Shown here: one piece after another, positions 33,921-46,320 of the stretch
How the letters are laid out: each line of letters starts with the position of its first letter
How positions within the stretch are numbered: the stretch's first letter is position 1
From: Selaginella moellendorffii
Taxonomy: Eukaryota; Plantae; Lycopodiophyta
Assembly: GCF_000143415.4 (NCBI RefSeq)
Contig: NW_003314389.1
Span: forward strand, 75,135 to 139,134
Length of the DNA stretch: 64,000 bases
Direction of reading: 5' to 3'
The notes under the pieces: model-generated
Seen by the model: only the letters and a program-made list of their open reading frames with translations
The model's database searches: none
What the model was told of the DNA's origin: nothing
Translations under genes and position numbers: made by a program

Positions 33921-36900
33921 GGCGTGGTGATGGTTTGGAATATGAGGACACTCATATTTCGGTGGTCATGGACTCTCAGTGGGGAGACTGGTTTGGGCAC
34001 ACCACCAAGCGAGGGATGCCTCGAAGTCGTGATGCACGGTTATATTGCTTATTGTGAAAGCTCGGCATATCTAACTTGAACGCTTTGGTGCAAGTGGCAC
34101 CAAGGACGTGGTGAGTGAGATGGGGACACCTAATCTCAGTTGCTATGGACCCTTGGCCGGAAGGGCTGGCTTGGGCGCACCGCCAAGTGTGGGGGATGCC
34201 CCCGGGGTCGTAGTTAACAAGTTAAAGGTCTGGAAGACCTAGTACCTATTGGCAAACCTGTTAAGGTGCCGAGGTGAGATCACTAGGTGATCTTGTGGCT
34301 AAATAAGGACAAAGTCCTTGTTTGGGTTAAGGAATAAGGTTCCTAGTTCAAAGTGTTGATTTGAACTATTGATTATGGTGTGGGTTGGTCAAGGTGACCA
34401 AGTGGGAAAAGCACCTTAGGGAAATGAGCTATGTCATTGCGATGGCATAGTGTGTCCAAGGAAAGTAGTCTCTAAAGAGACCCATGAGAGGGTCACAAAG
34501 GTGGGCCGAGGATAGAGCCCACAGCAGAAGATGCTAAAAGAGACTTACTAGGGGTGAACACCCTAGTCTTGGCAAAGCAGAGCCTTTGCTATGGAATCAA
34601 AAGAATATCTCAAGGAGGGAGGTAGAGATTCGATGTTGCTTGGTGCAACAATCAACGGATAGGAGCAGAAGATGAGTGGCCAAGATAGGGCCGTGGAATC
34701 CCTTGGAAGGAATCCAAGTGACAAAGTTAAGCGAGGAACACTAATGTGTTGGACGCTAATAAATTGCGGAAAAGGAAGTGTGTTTCCAAGGATGGATTCC
34801 GAATTGCTCCGATTTGGCGAAAGTGGAAGCTCCAAGAGAGGGAGCGGTAAGGTAGCCAAATGATGGGCGATGGACAACCCTAGCACAAGGTGTGATAAAT
34901 GGAACTTAGTGCCCAAGGTGGCACGAAATAGAAGAGAGGATGATGGTGCCCTCAAGTAATGAACTTCCTAGGATAGGGAAGTGGAGTTGCACAATCTGTG
35001 CAATGCAAGGTGTTGGAGACACCTAGGAAATTGACTTCCAAAAGTCAAAAGAGTAAAAGTTCCAAGGTGCAAACATTCAATAGATGGAAATTGAGACTAC
35101 TCGAGAAGGAGTAGTGGGATTGACTTAGAGAAGGGTCTCTAAGAGGTTTAGCAAGAACTAAACCAATAAAAGGAGAGAACCACTACATGTGGTCCAATAA
35201 GTCTCTAAGTTGGAGAGACTACCCTCCTTAGAGGATAGGCAAGGCATGGTGAGCCTTTGGTGTTAAACCATTGAGCATATACAACTAAATGACTCAAATC
35301 TATCATAGAAAACTACTAGCTAGGATTCTAGCTCCATTGGAAAAAAATAGATTAAAATAAATATAAAATAATTCCTAAAGAATTTTTTTTTTAGCAAACT
35401 TTTTTGTGATTCCTTTAGATATTACAATAATTTTTGAAATGAATAGTTTTAAATATTTTATGATATAGTTGTAAACCTTTATACGAATGATGGAGAGAGT
35501 AGTTTTTGGAATAATGTTTAGTGCTAATAAGTTAAAAGCATATTAAGAGCATAAACTAATACTAATACTATTTTAAAAGATTTTATAAGAAAAAAATAGA
35601 ATAAACCAATTTTCATAATTATTAATCAAAAGTAACTCTTTTATATTTCTAATTTGCAAAAATTGTATTGAGTCTATGCATGACATGGAAGCCCACTTTA
35701 CCCACTTTACCCAATTGGAAATTATTATTTAGAGGATTCTCCACTACACTATATGAGAAAAAAGATTGTCCACTCACATTCAAGCATAAAGCAATTGTTA
35801 AGTATAGTGTAATGTTTGTGTGTATTTAGAGAAAGAAGTGCTCCACCAAGGAGAAGAACAATGACTTGATTTACAAGAAAAGAGTATATTTGTTTGGAAA
35901 GTGTATGATTATTTTGGTTTACCCTTTATCAGAGAGATTAAAGTAGGTTCTGATTTACTGGGAATGTAGTTTAGCTTTCAAAGTTTCTACAGATAGGTGC
36001 TTATCCATTACATTACATAAAAGTGCACCCAGTCTGGGAAACATTGAGTGAACGTGAAGTCATTGCTCTTGGCATGGTAATGGTTTGAAGTTTCTTTCTG
36101 TAGCCTCTTACAAAGAACTTTCAACTTGTCCAAGTTTGATACTTATGTCAGCACTTGGGCTCTTAATGTTCCTAGAAGATTCTCATGCAACTAAATTCAA
36201 CAGGTGGTAAAGATCATTTGGAGAAAAAACTGTATACCTCTAAGTCAGTGATAGACCTTGCTATGAGTGCCACAGTCTATGCTCTGATCCCTTACATAGC
36301 ATTTCTTACACGGTCTTGATTGTGTCTGTAGAAAAATCTGGGATTCTAGATCAATTTGTCTCTACAGAAAAACAACCTTGCTGCTAGGACAAAAAAAAAA
36401 AAAAAAACCAACCACCAGATGGTTCTTCCAGGGCTTTTTGAGGGAAATAATAGTTCTTAGCTTCATTAATGCATTGTGTAGAGATGGGATATAAAAACAA
36501 TAATTGATGTTATTATTTGTCTGTTTTGTAGCAAATGAATGTCAGACTTTGAGCGCAAGAAACTTGCCTGGTTGGCTCTGTTGTGCTCATTTGTGTGAGT
36601 CTCAAAGAGAGAGAGAAGTGAGTTTATAGGTCGCTGCAATTTTCTTCTGTCATGCCACATCCATAGAGAGATGAAATTTATGTGGAGATGCAGCAGCTGG
36701 ACATGCAAATGAAAGGTACCTCTAAGACATCAAAGTGGACGGCATTTTTTGGATAAACAAGAAACAGATGTGCCACCTCCAATGCCAGAGCTGCGAACCG
36801 AATCGTCTTGGTCCATCAACCTTGAGGCACGACTGAATTGCCTGTGCAATGTAGGAAAGACATTGGAAAGGAGACAAGGGCTTGTTAGCCAGGAGCCTTT

Positions 36901-38424
36901 ATCGTGTATACAATGATGGCCAGCTGATAATCCGGTTGGCAATAGGTTCAATGTACTTAGTTTAGCCTCCAAAACATTCTTGCAAGTTAAGCAAGAACCC
37001 AAGTTTGCCATACGAAGATCCCGCCAAGAACTGAGTAGCAAAGATGTGGTCCACATTTGCTCAGATTCTCAATGAATTCCACAAGACAATGTGGGAATCA
37101 TCAAGCTTGTATAAGCCCATGCTCACCATTTGCATTTAATCTACTTTCTACATTGAAGATCCACCGAAAGCCATGTTTGCTTGAGGTTCTTTCTCTTGTT
37201 GTCTCACATCTTGTACAAAAGCTTGGAGATGGTGACGATCATGTGATATGGTGCTCAGCCAATGACACACACTTAGCAAAGATGCAAGCTCCACTTTGTT
37301 GCCAGGGGAGAAGATTCGACAATGCTGGAGAAGGATCATATCAGTGCTTTATTCATTCTATGCATTTTTCTGCCCAGCTTTTCCTGCATTTTGAATCAAT
37401 TTGAGTGATTGATGAACTTGAAAAGCAAATGAAGAATCTCAGATACAAACAAATCAAGTTTATTATTCATACTTTGAATATATTTTGTCATAATTTAAAA
37501 CAAAGTTATAACATAATTCGATCATATATAATTTTATTGTTATTTTAATATTTACATAATATAATATAAATATTATAGAGGTAAACATAATTTATAGATT
37601 ATAAATATTCTAAATTAAATTATATATTTTGTGAATATACTTTAATCATAATAATTGGGAAACTTATTGTGACAGTGAATTAGTATGTAGTGAAGGAAAG
37701 TGACTTTGAGCTTGAACTGAGTAGTGGGCTTGTACTTGGCCTTCTTGACAGAAATGTTACTGTTATGTGTGTAGGTCAGAGTGCTCACTTAGAGCGAAGA
37801 GGAAAAGACATTAGCTATTTTTTTGTAGCCAGTCAAGGGCAGGAGACACCTTATAAATAATGTAGTATTACAACACAAATACAATTAAATCTGGCGCCAC
37901 TTCACTTAATTTGTCCTCAGACATGTAAATATGGCCATGGCCACTATTCTTTGCTTGTCTTTCTTAGTTCTCTCTTTCTCTGCAAGTTGGTGAAGTTGGA
38001 TTGGATCCTACCTAGTGTGTCACAATAATTGATACACGTCCATGGGTGTGACAATGCTCCTCATCTCCAGACTAATTGGATTTGTACAGCACCGTGCCCC
38101 TGTAGAGAAATGCATGGTCATCACCACCACTTCTAGAGCTGCTGCTCTGGATCACCGCCACCACGTTGAAGCTCACCTTGCCACTGGGTTGAGCAGAAAT
38201 GGCTCCAAAGTGATAGAGCAAACCAGTGACCTCATCAATCTCTGCTGCTTGTGGGTGATGGCTGACCCTGCAAGATCTTCGTCCCTGTCCCTTGCACTGC
38301 CCTTCTCACCTGGCCGCTACATACATGTGACTGATCCCAAACTCCTAGTGGAGAATTCTCATGGCCTTGAGATCTTCTTGCTGGTGGTGGTGGTGGTGCT
38401 GCTGCTGCTGTGATTCTGACTCCA

Positions 38425-38429
<5 letters not shown>

Positions 38430-38461
<32 letters not shown>
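38430..38461. repeat. (CT)n microsatellite
   Basis: Directly visible. Confidence 0.95.
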
Positions 38462-38463
<2 letters not shown>

Positions 38464-40013
38464 GCCACTGTTGTCGTTTATCAGATAGCGATATATAGTG
38501 GTGCTCAAATTTTGTATCCTGGATCCACATGAGAATGAAAGAGCAAGACTTACCTGTAGCATTAAGTCATCTCTACCATTGGGACTTGTAGATAGCCTTT
38601 CTGTCACCATACTACTGTAAAAAACTGTGACAAAATCATACCCCAACCGAAGAATTTCCTCTAGCTTTGATAGCAAAACTTACAAAGCACTATAATTACC
38701 TGTATCCCAAGATATTCACTGACTTTCTCCAAAAAGAATAGATATCAAAGGTTCCACTCTGTAATCAGGATGAAAGGATAAATGTAAATGCTGCTCACAC
38801 AAAAGTATATTGATACCTGTAGGTGACAGGATCATATGGGTGAAATATGTTTATCATTTGCCTGGATGCTAGCTTCTTTTCTTCAATGCCTTCATCTTGC
38901 CAGTCATGACCTGTTGTTATGCATTCCAAGTACACATTCCAAGTATACATTCCAGAGACTCAGAAACAGTGGTGATACAACTGTGAAAAAAGTGAGAAAG
39001 AAACTTATCAACAGTGAAGAATCAAGGAGCTTGCTCTCCTTGTTTCATTCCCAATGCTGTGCAGTGACACGAGAGAGAGTCAAACATGAAACCCACAGAT
39101 ATGAACAGCCATCATCATCATACTCCCTTATTTAAACGTGCTATTGGCATATGGCATCCGGCGTCTTTTATTCCATTTTTAGAATATTATTTCTGAATAT
39201 ACTTATAATCTAACGGTTCAAATTCAAAAACTTGAAATAAATGGCATAGATCAAGTGCCAAAGGGGTAGCAACGCTTCAATGTGATTTTAATGACGCTCC
39301 AAATCAAGTGAAATTTTTTAGGGCGATCGGGCAGATTGGGGCAAACATGGGGCGAGAGGAGCATCGCTGCAAAAAGAGCATGGATGCTGCCATCCTCGAG
39401 GACCGGGCCTTCATCCAGAACGAGGCCAAGGAGAAAATGGGAGGAGTAAACAGGTGGCGTTCCTGTGTCACAGACATCGAGTCCCACGAGTGACTCTGGT
39501 TTCGGCTGGATGTGTTTGTGTCGAATCAAGAGCAGGTGATGGAGCGGCCACTGCTCAATCTCATGATGAAGTACGCCTACACCACGACTTGGCTGTGGGA
39601 CGCTCCTGCCATGCTATAAGTTGGTACATGGAAGGTAAACTTCACTGGATTCCACTTCAGCCTCCATTGTTTGTTCTTGTAGATGGGGAAGATCTCCAAG
39701 AATTGGCTGCAATGTCTTCAAATTCCAGTGCCCTGGATTGAGTTGGCCATTGCGTACTATTCTGCTGTCAAAAGGATCATCCTATAGAGGCGAGAACTGG
39801 CTGGTTCACAAATTTTGTGATTTACAACTGTTTTACAGTTTTGGAGCCAATTGAAATATCCAGTGTTTTTAATGAGAGCTGATGCATCCCCAAACGGAGA
39901 TTGTAAGGTGTTGCTGTTTTCCTGGATGGAAACTCTTCCGTCGTAGCATCCAGTTGGGACTTGGTAATACTTTTCTCTCCATCTTAGAACTTGATAAAAG
40001 ATGCTAAACTTAC

Positions 40014-40446
40014 CATGACGGTTGAATCTCTGGCAGCTATGGCAAGAGTGTCAGCGCAGGAGACAACACCAGGACAAAAATGAAGCTCTTGGCAGACATG
40101 AGGCTTGGAAGGGACAACTTTTACACTTTACTTCCATCAGTCGAGAAGAACCGATCCATCACAGTCCTGAAGAACAGCAAAGTTAGAAGACAAGAATTTA
40201 AATCTTGCAAAGCTACTCCTGTCGATGAAACAGTCGTGGAAGTGCAAGCGAAGAACTCCTGCTGGTATCGTCCTGTCCCAATCGGTGTGCTTGCTCAGAG
40301 TGTCCCTGATGATTCTCTTGGCTTGAGGACAGGATCTCGAGTAACTGTGGTAGCCATTCTTGTATCCTCCACTCTCATCATGATCCAAAACACTAGCTCA
40401 GAGACAGCAGAAGCAAAACCAAAATGTTCCCTCTCCAACTTCCCAT
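40014..40446 (-). pseudogene. Class III secretory peroxidase 5' fragment
   Basis: Signal-like MGSWRGNILVLLLLSL; YSRSCPQA, VLRLHFHDCF, CDGSVLLD and CPGVVSCADTLAIAARDS; stops and deletions present. Confidence 0.92.
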
Positions 40447-41387
40447 CCTCAGGTATTGCAGGTTGGCATGTCTTCTTCCTCCTCGAATTTTCTTGGCAGT
40501 AATCGATGATCTGAAGATGAGAGTCGTTCCGTGATGAAGTGGGTCACTGATACAAGGCTCTTATAGTCCAGGTTAAGCCGTCACAAACCGTGTCTGCTGC
40601 CTCTAATGAGTGTTTCCATGCTTAAGAAATCCTTTGACATCATCCAAATCCAGGGAAGCTAGCGCTCATAGTTTGACAAAGTTGAACCTCTGCACAAGAA
40701 ATAGGAAAATTCAGCCAACTAAAGAAAGGTTCTGAAAGGACATATGTCTGTAGGCCGCATTTTCTATTCCATTTCCAAGCTTTCACTTTGTTCTGTTTCT
40801 TAAGATTTTTGCTTTTTCTTCTTCTTCACGATGTTCTGCCCTTCTTTTTCTTCTTGTTTTCCTTCTTTTGGTATATGACGCTCAATGGTCAATGCTAAAA
40901 GTATAATGGGTAACGAGATATGGGTCCGACGAGCTTGCCAAGCTTCAAATCTTCATTGTCGTCCATTACTTCTTTGCTGGCTATAGGTGAATATTTATTA
41001 TTAGTGCTATTATTACTTTATCTGGTGTTTGTAGGAGGACTGCCTTGGATCCCAACAGCACAGTTTCTTGCCACAACAGAGGCCATGAGTTTTCAAATCT
41101 GTAAGAGTTTAAAAAGTTTTGTAATTATAAAAGAAAAAAGTACTATACTGAACTGTACCTTGATCTTAGTGAATCAAAATAGCTTTTTCTCCTGGCTATG
41201 GAATGGGCACTTATTTTTGTTCTCTACCTACCCGCTTTATTCCTATCTTGCAGTACTATTATAGCAGAGACTCCAGCTCTGCTGGAATATAAATTGATAC
41301 CAGAGCATTGATGAGCATCCTGCAGCTCAGCCAGAACTTTTTTTTTTGTCAAGGATATTTCACCTTATGATATGTTTGACTTTGCAG

Positions 41388-41552
41388 GTTGAGCTTGATT
41401 CCGAAGGAGCACATATGTACAATGCTGCTGTTGCTCTTCGCGACACTATGATCGAGCTTGAGGTCGCAATAGAAGGTGGAAAGGACAGCTTGTCAATGGC
41501 TGCTCAAGCAGGTGGTGAAACTGTCAAGGCACCTGGGAATCTCGTCATTAGT
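41388..41552 (+). pseudogene. FGAM synthase (phosphoribosylformylglycinamidine synthase, PurL/PUR4-type) internal fragment
   Basis: LDSEGAHMYNAAVALRDTMIELEVAIEGGKDSLSMAAQAGGETVKAPGNLVIS contains the GGKDSLSM signature. Confidence 0.9.
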
Positions 41553-41609
41553 ACACCAAACAGTTCTCTTTTCTCGTGAGCTTACATTCTTCCTTTTTTC
41601 TTCCAAAAG

Positions 41610-42187
41610 GTACTCCGACACTAGAGCATACCGTCAATCCAAGCTCGCAAACATCTTCCACGCCAAAGAACTGGCAATGAGATTCAAGGTATTCGTCTAA
41701 TGCTTTGAAATCTCTCCCGCCTTTCTCTTTCGTCAATGCTTTCTCTTTCACTGATTAAGCCGAAGGAGTTGACATCACAGCCAACGCTGTTCATCCAGGG
41801 TTTATAATGACACCTTTGATGCGGTACACATTCTACATAATGAGTTTGTCTCTTTGCCTTGTCATTGTTTTTGGTTACTTATGGAACTTTGATCTTCATG
41901 CAGGGGTTCTCAAGTTCTTCTCCAGCTTCCTTTGGAAAAATGTGCCATAGGTAAGAAGAATTCTCCCAATAATCTGGAAGTTTTTTGTGACTAATATGTG
42001 ATCGATCTCTCAGGGCGCTGCTACAACGTGATACGTGGCTTTACATCCAAGCCTCAAGGACGTCACTGGGCAATACTTCGTGGATTCCAACAAATCCAAC
42101 TGTAGCGCTTATGGCAGAGATCCCGAGCTCGCTCACAAGCTATGGACCTTCTCCCAGGAGTTTATAGACAAGCATTCTCCATCCTAA
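41610..42187 (+). pseudogene. Short-chain dehydrogenase (TIC32/retinol dehydrogenase-like), last four exons
   Basis: AYRQSKLANIFHAKELA (YxxxK), ITANAVHPGFIMT, GAATT*YVALHP..VTGQYFVDSN, LAHKLWTFS; short introns; two premature stops. Confidence 0.92.
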
Positions 42188-42297
42188 AGGTAAAAGGTTG
42201 ATGGTGCTAGAGAGTGAGCGAGCAAACGAGGACAACTCGGCAATGATTTGTGGATAGACTGTATTTACTCTTCTCGAAAGCTCGAGCTCGAGCTTGA

Positions 42298-43228
42298 TCA
42301 AAAGTAAGACGCGTTGCCTACATTGCACATGACTAAAACTTTGGTTTCGAGCATGTTGTCCATCGCGTACTTGACACCCTCTCGTTGGATTCCAGAGTCT
42401 TTGATCCCACCATATGGCTGGCTATCAACGCACATGCTTGGCGAATCGTTGAGGCAAACTCCTCCAGCCTGTGAGGATCAAATAATTATCAAACAGTTGA
42501 TCAATACTTTCTATATCTCAAATGCAAAGCTACCTCTATATGCTGAAATGCATAGAAGGCCTTGTTTAGATCACACGTAAAGACGCCGGCTTGGAGACTG
42601 TGATGCGTGTTGTTAGCTTCCATCACGGCTTCCTTGAAATCACTGCGTCACCACCGTTTAAGTTTAGAGAAAAACAAAGGAAGTAAAGAAGAACTTCAGT
42701 GGCTAAGAAACTTTGAGAGCTGACTTGTATGAGTAGAGAAGGATCACAGGACCGAAAATCTCTTCCTTCCTTCTGTCCGTGTCAAAGGGAGCATCTTCCA
42801 GGATCATTGGCTCCATGAAAGCTCCCTTTGCTTACCACCAACTAGAAGTTTGGTGCCTGCCTTCACTGCCTCGTTCACGCTCTTCTCCACTATAGCTGCT
42901 GATGACTCGGATATCATGGGCCCAATTGACGTGTCATCTTGGTGATCTCCACCTTTGAGTTTCTTAACAGCAGCGATCAATGCATCGTTCACCTACACAA
43001 CCAGCACCAAATACGTTAGATCAAAGCTCGATTTGTGAACAAAGAATATAATAGAATTTAAAGACAAGTGTCGAATACCTCACCTTTCACCTAAAGACGC
43101 TGCATGTGAATGCACAACTGGCCACTCTGATAGAATCCCTCATGGACCAACCTAGCGATTGTACCTTCCAAGTCTGGAATGAGAACTTCCACTAAGCATG
43201 GAGCATTGCCTCCCAGCTCCATAACCAC
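42298..43228 (-). pseudogene. Aldehyde dehydrogenase 3' half (probably ALDH21-like)
   Basis: MELGGNAP, YQSGQLCI (catalytic Cys), IGPMISE, EKIFGPV, QAGVFT and QPYGGIKDSGIQREGVKYAM; introns and frameshifts present. The family number is inferred. Confidence 0.9.
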
Positions 43229-46049
43229 CTCTAAGAGGAATCAAAGAAGTTGAAGAAAGTGAAGCTCCAATCGAAGGAAGATATAATTAAATATCATTAT
43301 ATTTTAGTATGAATAATTTTCTAAACCAATTTTAGTCTTAAAGATTAGCATTTTCTACAACATCGATCTTACAACTGATATAAATCCCAGCTGAAAATAT
43401 GTTTCTTTTTTAATAATTTTATTTAAAAAAAGTTTTTATATTTTATGTAGATAATGGTATTATATAGTATTTAATAAATACAAAAATTTCTTACAGTTAG
43501 ACAGAAGCAGTGGTTCTTGCAATATAAAATATATTTTAATTATTCATGTATATAGTATTATTTTAGATCTAATTATATAATTTTTAGTTTTATGTACAAT
43601 AAAATCTAGGTTTGAAAAATCTAATTTAAAATACAAGAGAATGATGAAGTAGAGTGGATAAAATAAATTTTTTAAACAATATTTAAAAAATTAAATCTTA
43701 TTATGAATATAATAATGTTATTTTTTATGTTAATTGCTAACATTTCCTACTAGATTGATTTACTGGTAGTATTGTGTAACTAATTGTAATCAATAGTGGT
43801 ATACTTTCATTAACAACAATTCAATCCTAGAAAAAATCAAATACAGCTTCTTTACAAAACATAAACAAACTAAACCCACTATGAAGGAAATCCTTCAAAC
43901 TTTTTCATCATAATAATTTTATTTTTATTTCCAAACTATTATAATCTAATTATTTATTTTAATCTTATATTTTACTTCAATATCTATAAAAACAATTACA
44001 TGCTTTTGTTATATATGCTAAGTCCACTTATAATATAAATATATTCCCACCTTCTTCAAATATATATATAAAAATATTTTTCTCAAACGAAATTATATGA
44101 TACTCCTAAAAGTTTGTATTTAGGACTTTTGAACAAGGTGTGTTATTTAGAATTTTTATTTTTTAACTCCAAGAGATGTAAATAGTGGCAAAAAAAATTA
44201 AGTGTTATAGATGGGTTTTACAAGATGACAAATATATTAAAAAAAAACTGAAAGGTGGATTTGAATGTTAATAAAAAAAATATTTAGACTATATATATTT
44301 TAGTTTAAAACCAGATAGTGGAGTATTTGAAGCAAGTAATAAAATAAAAGAGTGTTATTGTTATGAAATATAAATTAGTAATTATATTAGAAACTAATTT
44401 ATCTTTTCTATACAGAGAATGAACTTAACATGAATATACTTAAAGAAAATGAAAAAAATGTCATTAGTTATGGAGGATTTTTATAATTGTAAATAATTTT
44501 AAAAATCATATTTAGTCAACAAGAGTAGAGTTTTCTACAACATTCATTTTAAAATTAATATAAATTATAAGAGTAAATATTATTTTTATAAATGTTTTGA
44601 TAAGTAGATGCTACATTTGTGTTATAAAACAATAATACATTTTATATTATTTCAATCATAGAATAAATGTTATTAAAGTTTTATTATATATTAGTATGAT
44701 ATCTAATTATATAATTTTTTTAAGTTGTTTAAAATTCAAGGATAAAAAATTTATGTTTTAATAAAATAAAGTAAAGAATAAAAAGCAATGGTAGCACTTT
44801 ACTCACAAATGGCAAACTTAATACTACAATATTTTTCTCTAAATTAGAAATATAAATTGAAATAGTGAATTCCTAAATTTTTCTTATATAATACATAATA
44901 CATATGAATATTAATATTTTCATAGTAATGTGTTAGATCCATGTTTATGTTTAAAACAATAATAATTTTATAAGCTATATTAATATGTGATCATGTTCAC
45001 CTTTATATAATTGCTTATTAGTGAGTAGTGTTGAATAAGTTAATAGTAATTTATTTTTTATTGGAGTCCATAGCTTTATCATAAAGCATTATTACAGTTT
45101 TTTGTTAAGATGAACATTATATCTACTTTAAGTATATTTTTAAATGTAAAAACAAATATATAATAGAAATTTTATTATTCTTTAGTAAACTATGCAATTT
45201 AGAGGCAATATTACAGTTAAGTAAAAATTAATGTTAAAGGTATTATTACAGTTCAGATAAAAACACTTTAGCTCAATATGCAATCAAAATTATAATTTCC
45301 CAAAATTAACCTATTATGTTTTGTTAGTATACATTTTTTTTTAATGAGCATTTAATTTATTTTAAATCATGGCAGCAATCTTGTAAATGTGTTAAGGTTT
45401 TTGTACTTTTTTATAAAGGCAATAGAAGAATTCAATTTCGAATTTAGTGATGATTAAAATATGATCTTATCTTCCCAAACATTTGCATCATTATCTAATT
45501 GCATTATTTTCCATTTCTCTGCAGATGAATAGTTGCAAAATTAAGATAAATTTAACCTTGCATACAATCAAAATTTATAACATTGAACAATTAAAAATGA
45601 AGATCTATTTATCTTGGGTATGATATATCTCCCTGAAAATATTTCAGCATACTCATTGTTCTATAGAACAAAACCTTTACAGAACAAAGAGTATTTTATT
45701 GATTCAATACTATATTATTAAAATTAAACATAATTTTGTTGTGCAAAGATGGTATATAGTAGATACAATAGAAAATACAGTACAAGACTAGAATAGAAGA
45801 CTTCACTCAACAAAGAGAATTTTAAATATAAACTACTCATTGCTATCTCTTATGGCTTGACATCCAGATGATAAATATTCCAAACCATCTTCAGTTCCAC
45901 CAACTAATAAATCATAATGATATAACAAATGCACGATACAATGAATATAGATGGTAGTAAATTCTTGACAAATTAACCTTGTATGCATTTAAAATAGTAA
46001 GTTTGCCAACCAAGATACATTCCCAGCAGAGCTGGGATCCTTGCTATGG

Positions 46050-46320
46050 CAAGAGAGCACGGGTCTTAGGAGAGTGATGGTTATAAGCTTTCATTCATGA
46101 GGGTGTAAACTTACAAAAGAAGTATGGTGGATTATATGCAACAAAAAAGAATAATTTGAAAGATGATATATATAAAATTAAATATAAAGGGAAAGGATTT
46201 TTAAATAAAAGTGCACATTTTATTCCAATTGGTTAAGGGTATTAGGATACTCGGGGGTTTAATATCTTAGGGTTAGAGTAGGATGACCTCCCAAAATGTT
46301 GAAATTCCAGAGTTTTCTCA
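46050..46320 (+). repeat. Highly decayed Cassandra fragment (3' internal region, PPT and LTR)
   Basis: agctttcattcatgagggtgtaaacttacaaaagaagtatggtggat and ttccaattggttaagggtattaggatac...gatgacctccc are collinear with about 6205-6478. Confidence 0.8.

Larger units (their letters stand above)
27503..35274 (+). mobile_element. LARD-like element copy B (5' LTR 27503-31322 split by a solo LTR; internal region truncated shortly before the PPT)
   Basis: LTR end gtcgcttaca at 31322, PBS TGGTATCGGAGC at 31326-31337, about 3.95 kb internal region collinear with copy A; homology stops about 125 bp before the position of the 3' LTR. Confidence 0.9.

Noticed and set aside
31340-35274. gag/pol in the LARD internal region
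   Set aside because: Only short ORFs; no zinc knuckle, DSG/DTG, YxDD or integrase motifs recognised. Very decayed coding remnants cannot be excluded without an HMM search.
38040-39700. Weak resemblance to a carotenoid oxygenase (EIDEVTGLLYHFG, minus strand) and an NRT1/PTR transporter (NRWRSCVTDIE)
   Set aside because: The motifs are too short and ambiguous to call without a search.
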